Shown in pieces: positions 1 to 6,537 of a stretch of 28,701 nucleotides of DNA (position 1 is the stretch's first letter; each line of letters starts with the position of its first letter). This DNA comes from a virus. The notes under the pieces were generated by a model that saw only the letters and a program-made list of their open reading frames with translations, did not search any database and was not told where the DNA came from. The DNA lies in the IMG/VR virus record IMGVR_UViG_2788500300_000002, positions 98,321 through 127,021 of that record; one strand, 5' to 3'. A program made the position numbers and the translations under genes.

Positions 1-2
1 TT

Positions 3-389
3 TCCGCCGCTGAATTTAAGACCTTTGCCAAGGCTAGACTCTTTGACGAGTGGCAGGCGGGCGAGACCTACGAGGCCGGATACCGCCTCGTCCACGAGGG
101 CGTCGTCTATGAGGTAATCCAGCAGGTCACGGCAATCGAGACGCAGCCGCCGAGCGCGGAGGGTATGCTCGCGATATATCGCCCGCTCTCGGTAGACAGC
201 GAGACCGGCGATGAGCCGGACGGCACGCTCGAAAATCCGTACACCTATCTGGACGGCATGGACGTGTACAACGGCAAATATTACAGCTACAACGGCAAAA
301 TCTACTTAGCCAAAGCAGACATGCTACCGTGTACATGGGCACCGGGCACGGCAGGCCTCTGGCAGTGGGAAGAGGTCACGGAGGCATAA
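3..389 (+). CDS. Phage tail-region protein with CBM5/12 (chitin-binding)-like repeats, 5'-truncated by the window edge
   Basis: The frame of ORF 165..389 is open back to position 3 (SAAEFKTFAKARLFDEWQAGETYEAGYRLVHEGVVYEV...). W-x-AG-x-TY-x-AG...V-x-HEG-x-x-Y and YYSYNGKIYLAK...WAPG...W-x-W match the CBM5/12 pattern. It lies just upstream of the tail-collar genes. Confidence 0.65.
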   Translation, partial: SAAEFKTFAKARLFDEWQAGETYEAGYRLVHEGVVYEVIQQVTAIETQPPSAEGMLAIYRPLSVDSETGDEPDGTLENPYTYLDGMDVYNGKYYSYNGKIYLAKADMLPCTWAPGTAGLWQWEEVTEA

Positions 390-392
390 ATA

Positions 393-497
393 ATGACATT
401 ACGTAATGTATACGGGGGGGCGCTCTGTGGTAAACACTATCGCAGAGTATGCAACCTAAGACAACATAGAGCAGTTTCAGCAAGGGAGGCGCGATAG
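393..497 (+). CDS. Poly-G leader ORF 1 (34 aa, MTLRNVYGGALCGKHYRRVCNLRQHRAVSAREAR)
   Basis: SD GGAGG 380-384, ATG 393, G7 tract 414-420, stop TAG 495-497 immediately followed by the collar gene ATG at 498. Below the ORF-track size cutoff; translated by hand. Confidence 0.65.
   Translation: MTLRNVYGGALCGKHYRRVCNLRQHRAVSAREAR
414..420 (+). repeat. Homopolymer G7 tract preceded by TGTATAC
   Basis: Seen directly: tgtatac-ggggggg at 407-420. Confidence 0.95.
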
Positions 498-509
498 ATG
501 GCCTCCCTT
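482..509 (+). promoter_or_regulatory. SD-sequestering hairpin over the start of tail-collar gene 1
   Basis: AAGGGAGGC (482-490) is the perfect reverse complement of GCCTCCCTT (501-509). The 10-nt loop contains TAG-ATG. Confidence 0.7.
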
Positions 510-1028
510 ATTTCTTCCGGCATTGACGAGTACGGCAATGCGAACGAAGTCCATCTGCCTGACTTCACCGGCTGCTTACTCTTGGCCACGACACCGACGC
601 CACCCGCTGGCACACTTGTAGCGGATGGCAGCGAGGTCTCGCGCGAGGCCTACGCCAAGCTCTTCGCCATCTTCGGCACACAGTACGGCGCGGGGGACGG
701 TGTGAGCACGTTTGCGCTGCCGGACTGGAGAGACGAGTTCCCGCGCTTCAACGGGACGAGCCGGACGGTGGGGAGTACGCAGGGGGACGCGATAAGGGAT
801 ATGTCCGGTTTATTCGGAGCTGATTCAAATGGTATATTTACCCGGGCCACAGGGTGTTTTACTGGCATTCCGCGACTAACGGACACATCTATGGCGACAC
901 AACCCGACACAAGTGTGGGAGGACAGTATCGACAGGTAACATTAAGTCTTGCCAATGCCGGTATTCCGACCGCCGACGAAAACCGCCCGCGGAACGTGGC
1001 GTTCCTGCCATGCGTAATATATGTGTGA
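498..1028 (+). CDS. Phage tail collar domain protein (tail fibre tip), paralogue 1
   Basis: PPAGTLVADGSEVSREAYAKLFAIFGTQYGAGDGVSTFALPDWRDEF is the tail collar domain motif. GSTQGDAIR and the terminal ENRPRNVAFLPCV are typical of tail fibre C-termini. Confidence 0.9.
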   Translation: MASLISSGIDEYGNANEVHLPDFTGCLLLATTPTPPAGTLVADGSEVSREAYAKLFAIFGTQYGAGDGVSTFALPDWRDEFPRFNGTSRTVGSTQGDAIRDMSGLFGADSNGIFTRATGCFTGIPRLTDTSMATQPDTSVGGQYRQVTLSLANAGIPTADENRPRNVAFLPCVIYV

Positions 1029-1046
1029 TAAGGAGAATAATAAACC

Positions 1047-1100
1047 ATGATACAGATAACAATTAGAAAGTGTACACGGGGGGGGGGCAACCCTCCCTAG
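1047..1100 (+). CDS. Poly-G leader ORF 2 (17 aa in the present G10 state, MIQITIRKCTRGGGNPP)
   Basis: SD AAGGAG 1030-1035, ATG 1047, G10 tract 1078-1087, TAG 1098-1100. With G8 or G11 the frame stays open to TGA 1148-1150, overlapping the next ATG. Confidence 0.6.
   Translation: MIQITIRKCTRGGGNPP
1078..1087 (+). repeat. Homopolymer G10 tract preceded by TGTACAC
   Basis: Seen directly: tgtacac-gggggggggg at 1071-1087. Confidence 0.95.
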
Positions 1101-1149
1101 TTAGCAGTCAAATAGTAGTCATTTCGCCGCTCTCCGGGAGGGCTGCGTG

Positions 1150-1749
1150 ATGGCTTACTACTCGACCTACATGCAGAACGAGAACGGAGAGATGCAGAAA
1201 GTAGTCATCAACGCGGGCGTGGGCTTCGTCCTCCCATACTATGGCGAGACGGCCCCGCCCGGCACTCTGGCGTGTGACGGCTCGGAGGTAAGCCGCGAGG
1301 CGTACAAGGAGCTTTTCGCCGTTCTCGGCACCAAGGCGGGCGCTGGGGACGGTGTATCGACATTCAATCTGCCTGACATGCGCGGGCGGTGGCTGGCGGG
1401 TGCAGATGCAGAGCGTACAGCGGGGGCATCGATAGCAGAAGGATTGCCGGATTTATACGGTTCTCTAATATTTAGACCATTAGCGTCTGGTACTTATCCT
1501 AACATTGTATATGCGGCGTTAGTTAATCTTGGCTCATCAGGCGTTTTTACCAAAAGCGATGCAGCAGAGAATCCCGGCTGCTGGTCTTCTGCAGTTGCGA
1601 TAGGACTATCTGCCCCTTCATCTGCCGGTAATGCTATCGGTGGAGAAGTTGTGCGATTTCACGCGCAAAATGCTAACCCTATCTATGGTGCTTCCCAGAA
1701 CGTCACGCCTGCGAGCGTGGCGGTGCTCTGGTGCATCATCTACGAGTAG
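1150..1749 (+). CDS. Phage tail collar domain protein (tail fibre tip), paralogue 2
   Basis: APPGTLACDGSEVSREAYKELFAVLGTKAGAGDGVSTFNLPDMRGRW collar motif, then EGLP and a terminal VTPASVAVLWCIIY. SD GGAGG 1137-1141 favours ATG 1150 over GTG 1147. Confidence 0.9.
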   Translation: MAYYSTYMQNENGEMQKVVINAGVGFVLPYYGETAPPGTLACDGSEVSREAYKELFAVLGTKAGAGDGVSTFNLPDMRGRWLAGADAERTAGASIAEGLPDLYGSLIFRPLASGTYPNIVYAALVNLGSSGVFTKSDAAENPGCWSSAVAIGLSAPSSAGNAIGGEVVRFHAQNANPIYGASQNVTPASVAVLWCIIYE

Positions 1750-1769
1750 TGCGACAACAGTATCAGCCG

Positions 1770-1799
1770 AAAGAGCCTCTTCAGAGGCTCTTTATTTTT
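1770..1799 (+). terminator. Intrinsic terminator
   Basis: AAAGAGCCTC-TTCA-GAGGCTCTTT followed by ATTTTT. Confidence 0.8.
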
Positions 1800-1805
1800 G
1801 TCATG

Positions 1806-1834
1806 CGGAGCCCTTCGGGGCTCCGTTGCTTTTT
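1806..1834 (+). terminator. Second hairpin/terminator with a cUUCGg loop
   Basis: CGGAGCCC-TTCG-GGGCTCCG followed by TTGCTTTTT. Confidence 0.65.
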
Positions 1835-1839
1835 GAGAG

Positions 1840-2418
1840 GTGATAACTTTGGACGAAAAATATTCATCCGCGCTCTCGTTCGTGCTCTCTAACGAGGGCG
1901 GCTACGTAGACGATCCGCACGACCGAGGCGGCGAGACCAACATGGGCATAACCGCCTCCACAATGCGACGAGCCTACAATGACGGCCTGGTCAAGCATAC
2001 CGACGTTAAGACGCTCACGCGAGACGAGGCCGCCGTCATATACGAGCGCTATTACTGGCAGCCGTCACACGCCTGCGACATGGATTCTCCGCTCTGCACG
2101 CTGCACTTCGACGCGGCGGTCAACCACGGGCTCGGCGGGGCTGCGAAGCTCTTGCAGAGAACCATCAACAACTACGCCGCGAAGGCCGGTATCGGCGTGC
2201 GCGTAGACGTAGACGGAGCCGTCGGGACGAAGACGCTTTCGGCACTCTGCCAGTGTCTCGACCTCAAGGGCAACGTGTCGCTGATATGCGAAATCTACTG
2301 CAACGAGCGTGAAAAATACTATCGCGCCATCGTCGAAAGCAACCCGTCGCAGGCGAAGTTCCTGCGCGGCTGGCTGAACAGGCTGGCGCGCAACCGCGAA
2401 CTCATAGGCGAGAGATAG
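1840..2418 (+). CDS. Endolysin, glycoside hydrolase family 108 with C-terminal peptidoglycan-binding domain
   Basis: EGGYVDDPHDRGGETNMGIT (GH108 EGGY motif), IYERYYW, FDAAVNHG and C-terminal FLRGWLNR. The true start may be TTG 1849. Confidence 0.92.
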   Translation: MITLDEKYSSALSFVLSNEGGYVDDPHDRGGETNMGITASTMRRAYNDGLVKHTDVKTLTRDEAAVIYERYYWQPSHACDMDSPLCTLHFDAAVNHGLGGAAKLLQRTINNYAAKAGIGVRVDVDGAVGTKTLSALCQCLDLKGNVSLICEIYCNEREKYYRAIVESNPSQAKFLRGWLNRLARNRELIGER

Positions 2419-2429
2419 GAGGCGGACGC

Positions 2430-2777
2430 ATGGGCGATGAAGACCTTCGCGCGTGGGTGACGGCTCAGGGCGCGCAGCTGCGAAAAATAGAGAGCACCGT
2501 AGAAGCCATGCGCATCGAGCTGCAATCCAGGAGCAGCCAAGCCCATGCGGACATATATACGCGCATAAACTCAATGGAAAAAGAAATCTCAGAGATAAAA
2601 GCGCAGCAAGCGCAGATAATGCCGCTTATAGAATCCATAAAACATCACATAGAGACCGACGTGCCCGTAGACGCTGCGCGTGACAAGGCCATCGCTCACG
2701 GAGTCATATACGTGCTCGGGCTAGGTGTAAGCGGCTTCATCGGCTGGCTTTTCTCCCATCTCGGAGGAGGAAAATGA
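2430..2777 (+). CDS. Coiled-coil protein with C-terminal TM helix (holin/XhlA-like lysis-cassette protein)
   Basis: SD GGAGG. Soluble coiled coil followed by hydrophobic VIYVLGLGVSGFIGWLF. Directly after the endolysin. Confidence 0.55.
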   Translation: MGDEDLRAWVTAQGAQLRKIESTVEAMRIELQSRSSQAHADIYTRINSMEKEISEIKAQQAQIMPLIESIKHHIETDVPVDAARDKAIAHGVIYVLGLGVSGFIGWLFSHLGGGK

Positions 2778-3115
2778 TGACACTGAAAGCTATCGCGCGC
2801 GCGGCTCTCAAGCCCTTTCGCGACCTCGCCTCGATACTCTACGACGACTTAGAGTTCCGAGCTATGTCCCTGCCTCGCGTCGCGGCGGCTGTGCTCACTG
2901 GCATGATAGTCTGGTGCGTTGCCGTCTGGGTGCGCGCAGACCGCATGTTCCCGGGGTTCTCGGAACTATGCGCCCTCACAGGCGGCATCTGGGGCGCGTA
3001 TCTTTTCAAGCGCCGCGCCAACCCGCCGGAAGCGGGAAAGTGTGAAGGAGGCGAACTACCTCAACATGACGAAGATAATGACGGCAGTCAAGACGACGCT
3101 CAAAAAAGCGGCTGA
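2774..3115 (+). CDS. Putative holin (two TM helices)
   Basis: ATGA overlap with the previous gene. Hydrophobic segments VAAAVLTGMIVWCVAVWV and LCALTGGIWGAYLF. Lysis-cassette position. Confidence 0.55.
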   Translation: MMTLKAIARAALKPFRDLASILYDDLEFRAMSLPRVAAAVLTGMIVWCVAVWVRADRMFPGFSELCALTGGIWGAYLFKRRANPPEAGKCEGGELPQHDEDNDGSQDDAQKSG

Positions 3116-3494
3116 CTGGCTCGCCTCGCACAAATGGCATCTCGTCGGCTTGGCGCTCATAGCCCTGCTCGTCTTAGGGATATATGCAAGAGACTTGTCG
3201 CTCAAGCGCGAGCTCTCGTCACTAAGCTCGGCCTACGCACAAAGCGTTGAGCAGGTCAAAGCGCTTGAGGACAAGGTGACGGGCCTCCAAACCGAGCTCG
3301 ACCGCAAGCAGGAGGAGATCTACCGGCTCCAGCAGGAGCATGACCGCGCCATCGAGGAGGTGACCGCCGATGCGTACCGCAAAGCTCGCACTCTATCTGA
3401 CAACGAGCTGCTTGCTGCTTATAATCGCCTCATCGACGGCGCTCGCAAGCGCAACGCTGACAGAGAGCGGCGAGATAGCAGCACCGAAGAGTGA
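3066..3494 (+). CDS. Rz/i-spanin-like protein (N-terminal TM anchor plus coiled coil)
   Basis: The in-frame ATG 3066 (GGAGG at 3047-3051) is a more likely start than 2919. TM LVGLALIALLVLGIYA followed by a long heptad coiled coil. Confidence 0.6.
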   Translation: MTKIMTAVKTTLKKAADWLASHKWHLVGLALIALLVLGIYARDLSLKRELSSLSSAYAQSVEQVKALEDKVTGLQTELDRKQEEIYRLQQEHDRAIEEVTADAYRKARTLSDNELLAAYNRLIDGARKRNADRERRDSSTEE

Positions 3495-3780
3495 TATACG
3501 CGAGGTTGTAGCCGACAACGCCGCGCTCGTCGCCGAGGTTGAGGCCATACGGCAGGCGCTCTCGGAAGAGCGCAAGAGCACGCAAGAGCTCATCAACGAG
3601 CTCAACGCCTACACGACGGCGAGCGCGGAAGAGCGGACGCTCCTGCGCGAGCAGAACGAAATACTTAAGGCGATGTCCGACGCTTACAAGCGCAAGGCGG
3701 AGGCGGAGCGCCAGAAAGGCTGGGGCAAGCTGATACTCGGCCTCGTCATCGGCGGGGCGGTAGGGGCGATTGCAAATTAA
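3370..3780 (+). CDS. Spanin-partner-like exported coiled-coil protein with C-terminal TM helix
   Basis: Overlaps the previous gene by 125 nt in another frame, as Rz/Rz1 pairs do. Signal peptide ending ...STALA, coiled coil, C-terminal LILGLVIGGAVGAIA. Confidence 0.55.
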   Translation: MRTAKLALYLTTSCLLLIIASSTALASATLTESGEIAAPKSDIREVVADNAALVAEVEAIRQALSEERKSTQELINELNAYTTASAEERTLLREQNEILKAMSDAYKRKAEAERQKGWGKLILGLVIGGAVGAIAN

Positions 3781-3855
3781 GTTTGCCACTGCGGCACGGA
3801 CAAAAATCTAAAATTCAAATGCAAAGGGAGCAGCCGTGTCGCGGCGGTATTATAT

Positions 3856-3884
3856 GGGGCGGAGAAATCCGCCCCTCTTTTTTT
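3856..3884 (+). terminator. Intrinsic terminator ending the lysis operon
   Basis: GGGGCGGA-GAAA-TCCGCCCC followed by TCTTTTTTT. Confidence 0.88.
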
Positions 3885-3908
3885 GTGCCCGAACACAGAG
3901 AAAAATAC

Positions 3909-3958
3909 ATCATAATATGATTGTTTTTGCTTTACAAAACGTCATAAAATGATATAAT
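3909..3958 (+). promoter_or_regulatory. Sigma70 promoter with two palindromic operator-like sites
   Basis: TTTACA 3931-3936, 16-nt spacer, extended -10 TGA-TATAAT 3950-3958. ATCATAATATGAT (3909-3921) is a perfect inverted repeat; GTCATAAAATGAT (3941-3953) matches it at 11/13. Confidence 0.7.
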
Positions 3959-3982
3959 AATAGTCACAGAGGAGGTGATGAA

Positions 3983-4120
3983 GTGTTAGATAAAGAAGAA
4001 AGGGAACTTCTCGCCCTTGCAATCGCGACTCTGAACTTGATAGTCGGAATATTACAGCTTAGAGAAGCAAAGAAGGACGAGAAGAAGAAAAACCGCAAAC
4101 GTCGCAAGCGGAAGCGGTAA
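3983..4120 (+). CDS. Small membrane peptide with basic tail (45 aa, MLDKEERELLALAIATLNLIVGILQLREAKKDEKKKNRKRRKRKR), type I toxin-like
   Basis: Strong SD GGAGGTG 3971-3977, GTG start, single hydrophobic helix plus Lys/Arg tail. Not in the ORF track. Confidence 0.7.
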   Translation: MLDKEERELLALAIATLNLIVGILQLREAKKDEKKKNRKRRKRKR

Positions 4121-4172
4121 TCCCGGGGAGGGGAAACTCCCCTCCTTCTTCTTAATTCTATCACACAGAACA

Positions 4173-4328
4173 ATGAGAAAATTAAAATTTAAGTATATCT
4201 GTCCTGTGGTGGTCTTTTTAGCGGTCTGCTATCTCATAGACTGGGACATGAATTCCTTCATCGCATTGGTCAACGGGTTAGGCGGCGGGGTAGTCGCGGC
4301 ATGGATAATATCGGATTGGAGAGACTAA
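4173..4328 (+). CDS. Small two-TM protein (51 aa, MRKLKFKYICPVVVFLAVCYLIDWDMNSFIALVNGLGGGVVAAWIISDWRD)
   Basis: Hand-translated. The stop lies 1 nt before the XRE ATG (4330). Two hydrophobic segments; no clear SD. Confidence 0.55.
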   Translation: MRKLKFKYICPVVVFLAVCYLIDWDMNSFIALVNGLGGGVVAAWIISDWRD

Positions 4329-4329
4329 A

Positions 4330-5238
4330 ATGAATAATTATGTTCCCGGCCTTAAAAACGCTCTGAAAAAAGCAGGCGTCACACAAAACGAACTCGCATC
4401 TGAGATGGGGGTAGCTCTCGTAACCGTCTCCCGCTGGGTGCGCGGCGAAGTGGAGCCGCCGGTATCCACCATAAAAGAAATTGCGCAAATTCTCGGCTGC
4501 TCGCTCTATGAGCTTCTCGGCTTGGTTCCTACCATAGCCGGATGTCACATATCCGAGGTGCGTGAAAAAGAGGGACAGAGAATTATAACTGTGGTAATCG
4601 ACGAAAAAGAAAGGAGAAAAAACACAATGACGAGACCCTTAGCCGGCGAACTGATAAACAAGACCTTAAACGACATTTCCCCTGAAGCGTTCAAGACCGC
4701 CCGTGCAAGCACGAAGCAGGAGGAGCAACAGATTCTTGAAATCATTGATATAAAGCGGGGGCGTATCAAAAAACGCATCGCGGACGAGAATATATGCGAA
4801 GACAGCGACCGATTCATGGATCGTGAAGAAGAGTTGCTAAAAGAGACCGGAATCAACGCGCTCCGTAAAGACTGGGAACAGGCGTCAAACGCCTATTCGG
4901 AACTCTGCCGCCCGATAAAATACTGGAAACGCCACGCATTGGCGCTCACCGGACGGACACGCAATCTCTATGAGCAAAGAGACGTGACTCTGAATGACAT
5001 CAACGCCATGCTCGATGGCTCGGAGGATTACGAAAAAGAAACGGTCACTCTCGAAGACGGACGCATATTCCGCTTGATACGCGACGACAACGGATACTAT
5101 TATGGCGACGACGGCAGCGTTATCTCGGCGATAGACCTTATCCGCACCGACGAAAACGGCGAACCTCTCAAGGTTGTGGCTCGCCTGGGCTATGTCCCCA
5201 TCGGCGGTTGCGGAACATACGAAGCAACGTCGTGTTAG
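4330..5238 (+). CDS. XRE-family HTH regulator fused to an unknown C-terminal domain
   Basis: LKNALKKAGVTQNELASEMGVALVTVSRWVRGEVEPPVSTIKEIAQILGCS is an HTH_3/XRE motif. Internal SD AAGGAG 4611-4616 and in-frame ATG 4627. Confidence 0.75.
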   Translation: MNNYVPGLKNALKKAGVTQNELASEMGVALVTVSRWVRGEVEPPVSTIKEIAQILGCSLYELLGLVPTIAGCHISEVREKEGQRIITVVIDEKERRKNTMTRPLAGELINKTLNDISPEAFKTARASTKQEEQQILEIIDIKRGRIKKRIADENICEDSDRFMDREEELLKETGINALRKDWEQASNAYSELCRPIKYWKRHALALTGRTRNLYEQRDVTLNDINAMLDGSEDYEKETVTLEDGRIFRLIRDDNGYYYGDDGSVISAIDLIRTDENGEPLKVVARLGYVPIGGCGTYEATSC

Positions 5239-5253
5239 TGTTGGAGAACGCTA

Positions 5254-6537
5254 ATGGCTAAATACACTATCACCTTTTCCTGCGGTCACGAGGGCGTAGT
5301 CAACCTCTTCGGCAAATCAGCCGATAGAGAGGACAAAATCCGCTGGTACGAAGAACACGCTCTGTGCCCCGCGTGTTACGAAAAATCTCTGAAAGAGGCG
5401 CGTGAAAAACAGCAGGCTCAACTCAAGGAGCGCGCCGAAGAACTCGGGCTCCCGGAGCTTACGGGGACGGAGAAGCAGATAAAATGGGCGACGGAAATCC
5501 GAGGAAATTTCTCGGACGGCATCACGAAAAATCTCGGCTACTACTCGAAAAAGCCAAAAGCGCAGCGCGCCATAAACGCATGGGCGTCTTTCTGCTACTC
5601 GCACGACAAAGCGAGTTGGTGGATAGAACACAGGGAGATGGCGGAATCCACCGTCGAGCTTGTCGGCAATATAATGAGCGGCATCGCGGCGCTAATAAAA
5701 AGCGGCACGCCCGGAACTGTCCTTGACGGCCTGACCGACGAAGAGCTCGGCATCTTTGCGGACAGGGCCGCGCGGGGCGAAGAGATAAAGATAGGCGTCA
5801 CTCCCGTCACCAAAGACGAGATAGACGCTCTCGAAGAGACCGAGGCCGAAAGGCGCGCATCCTGCACCGTCAAGCCCGAAGAGGTCAAATCTCAGATACA
5901 CGCGGAAATCAGCATCCGCAAGCTCGAGGGCGGCAGGCAGATCGTCGTCTCGACGCCCGAGCGCATAGAAGAAGTCGTCGAGCTCGTGAAGGGCCGCCTC
6001 GGCTACAAGTGGGCCTCCGGCGCGTGGCGCGGAAACTACGATGAAGACAACCCCGTCATCGACGACAGAGTATGCGAGATAGCCGCGAAGATACTCAAAT
6101 GCGGCTACGCGGTCGAGCTGCCGAAAAAAGAGCTCGTCGCGCGCGTCATAAACGGAGAATATAAGCCGTATAACCCGCGCAGGATTTTTAAGTTAGGCGA
6201 GGATAAGTTCATCGTCTACTGGGGCAAAGACGAAGACTGGTACCGCGGAGCTAAACGTCTCCCCGGTGCGAAGTGGAACAGTGAAAAAGGGGGCGTCGTC
6301 GTCCCCGGCAAAAGCTGGGCGCTCGTCGAAGACTTCGCCGAGCGCAACAAGTTCGACCTCTCGCCCGGCGCGCAGGAGCTTATCGCCGTCTCCAAAGAGG
6401 CCGACCGTAAGGCCCTCGTCTGCGAAGACATAAAAACGCCTGAAACGGAAACGCATCCGGTCCCCGGCAGAATCCCGAAGCTCGAGGCGAAAGAAGAAGC
6501 GGTCGACGCGAGTCTCGTAGACGATGAGGCAGATTAA
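5254..6537 (+). CDS. Phage hypothetical protein with N-terminal Zn-binding motif and C-terminal HARP-like segments
   Basis: SCGH...CPAC putative Zn ligands and LPELTGTEKQIKWA. KGRLGYKWASGAWR and KRLPGAKWNSEKGGVVVP resemble HARP-like motifs. Overlaps the SNF2 gene start. Confidence 0.6.
   Translation: MAKYTITFSCGHEGVVNLFGKSADREDKIRWYEEHALCPACYEKSLKEAREKQQAQLKERAEELGLPELTGTEKQIKWATEIRGNFSDGITKNLGYYSKKPKAQRAINAWASFCYSHDKASWWIEHREMAESTVELVGNIMSGIAALIKSGTPGTVLDGLTDEELGIFADRAARGEEIKIGVTPVTKDEIDALEETEAERRASCTVKPEEVKSQIHAEISIRKLEGGRQIVVSTPERIEEVVELVKGRLGYKWASGAWRGNYDEDNPVIDDRVCEIAAKILKCGYAVELPKKELVARVINGEYKPYNPRRIFKLGEDKFIVYWGKDEDWYRGAKRLPGAKWNSEKGGVVVPGKSWALVEDFAERNKFDLSPGAQELIAVSKEADRKALVCEDIKTPETETHPVPGRIPKLEAKEEAVDASLVDDEAD

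Noticed and set aside
498-1749. Tail-fibre shufflon or diversity-generating retroelement
   Set aside because: Both collar genes are full-length on the same strand. I see no flanking inverted crossover sites, no adjacent invertase, no reverse transcriptase and no near-identical TR/VR pair differing at adenines.
2919-3065. N-terminal extension of the Rz-like ORF
   Set aside because: It overlaps the holin-like gene and has no SD. ATG 3066 places the TM anchor near the N-terminus, as expected.
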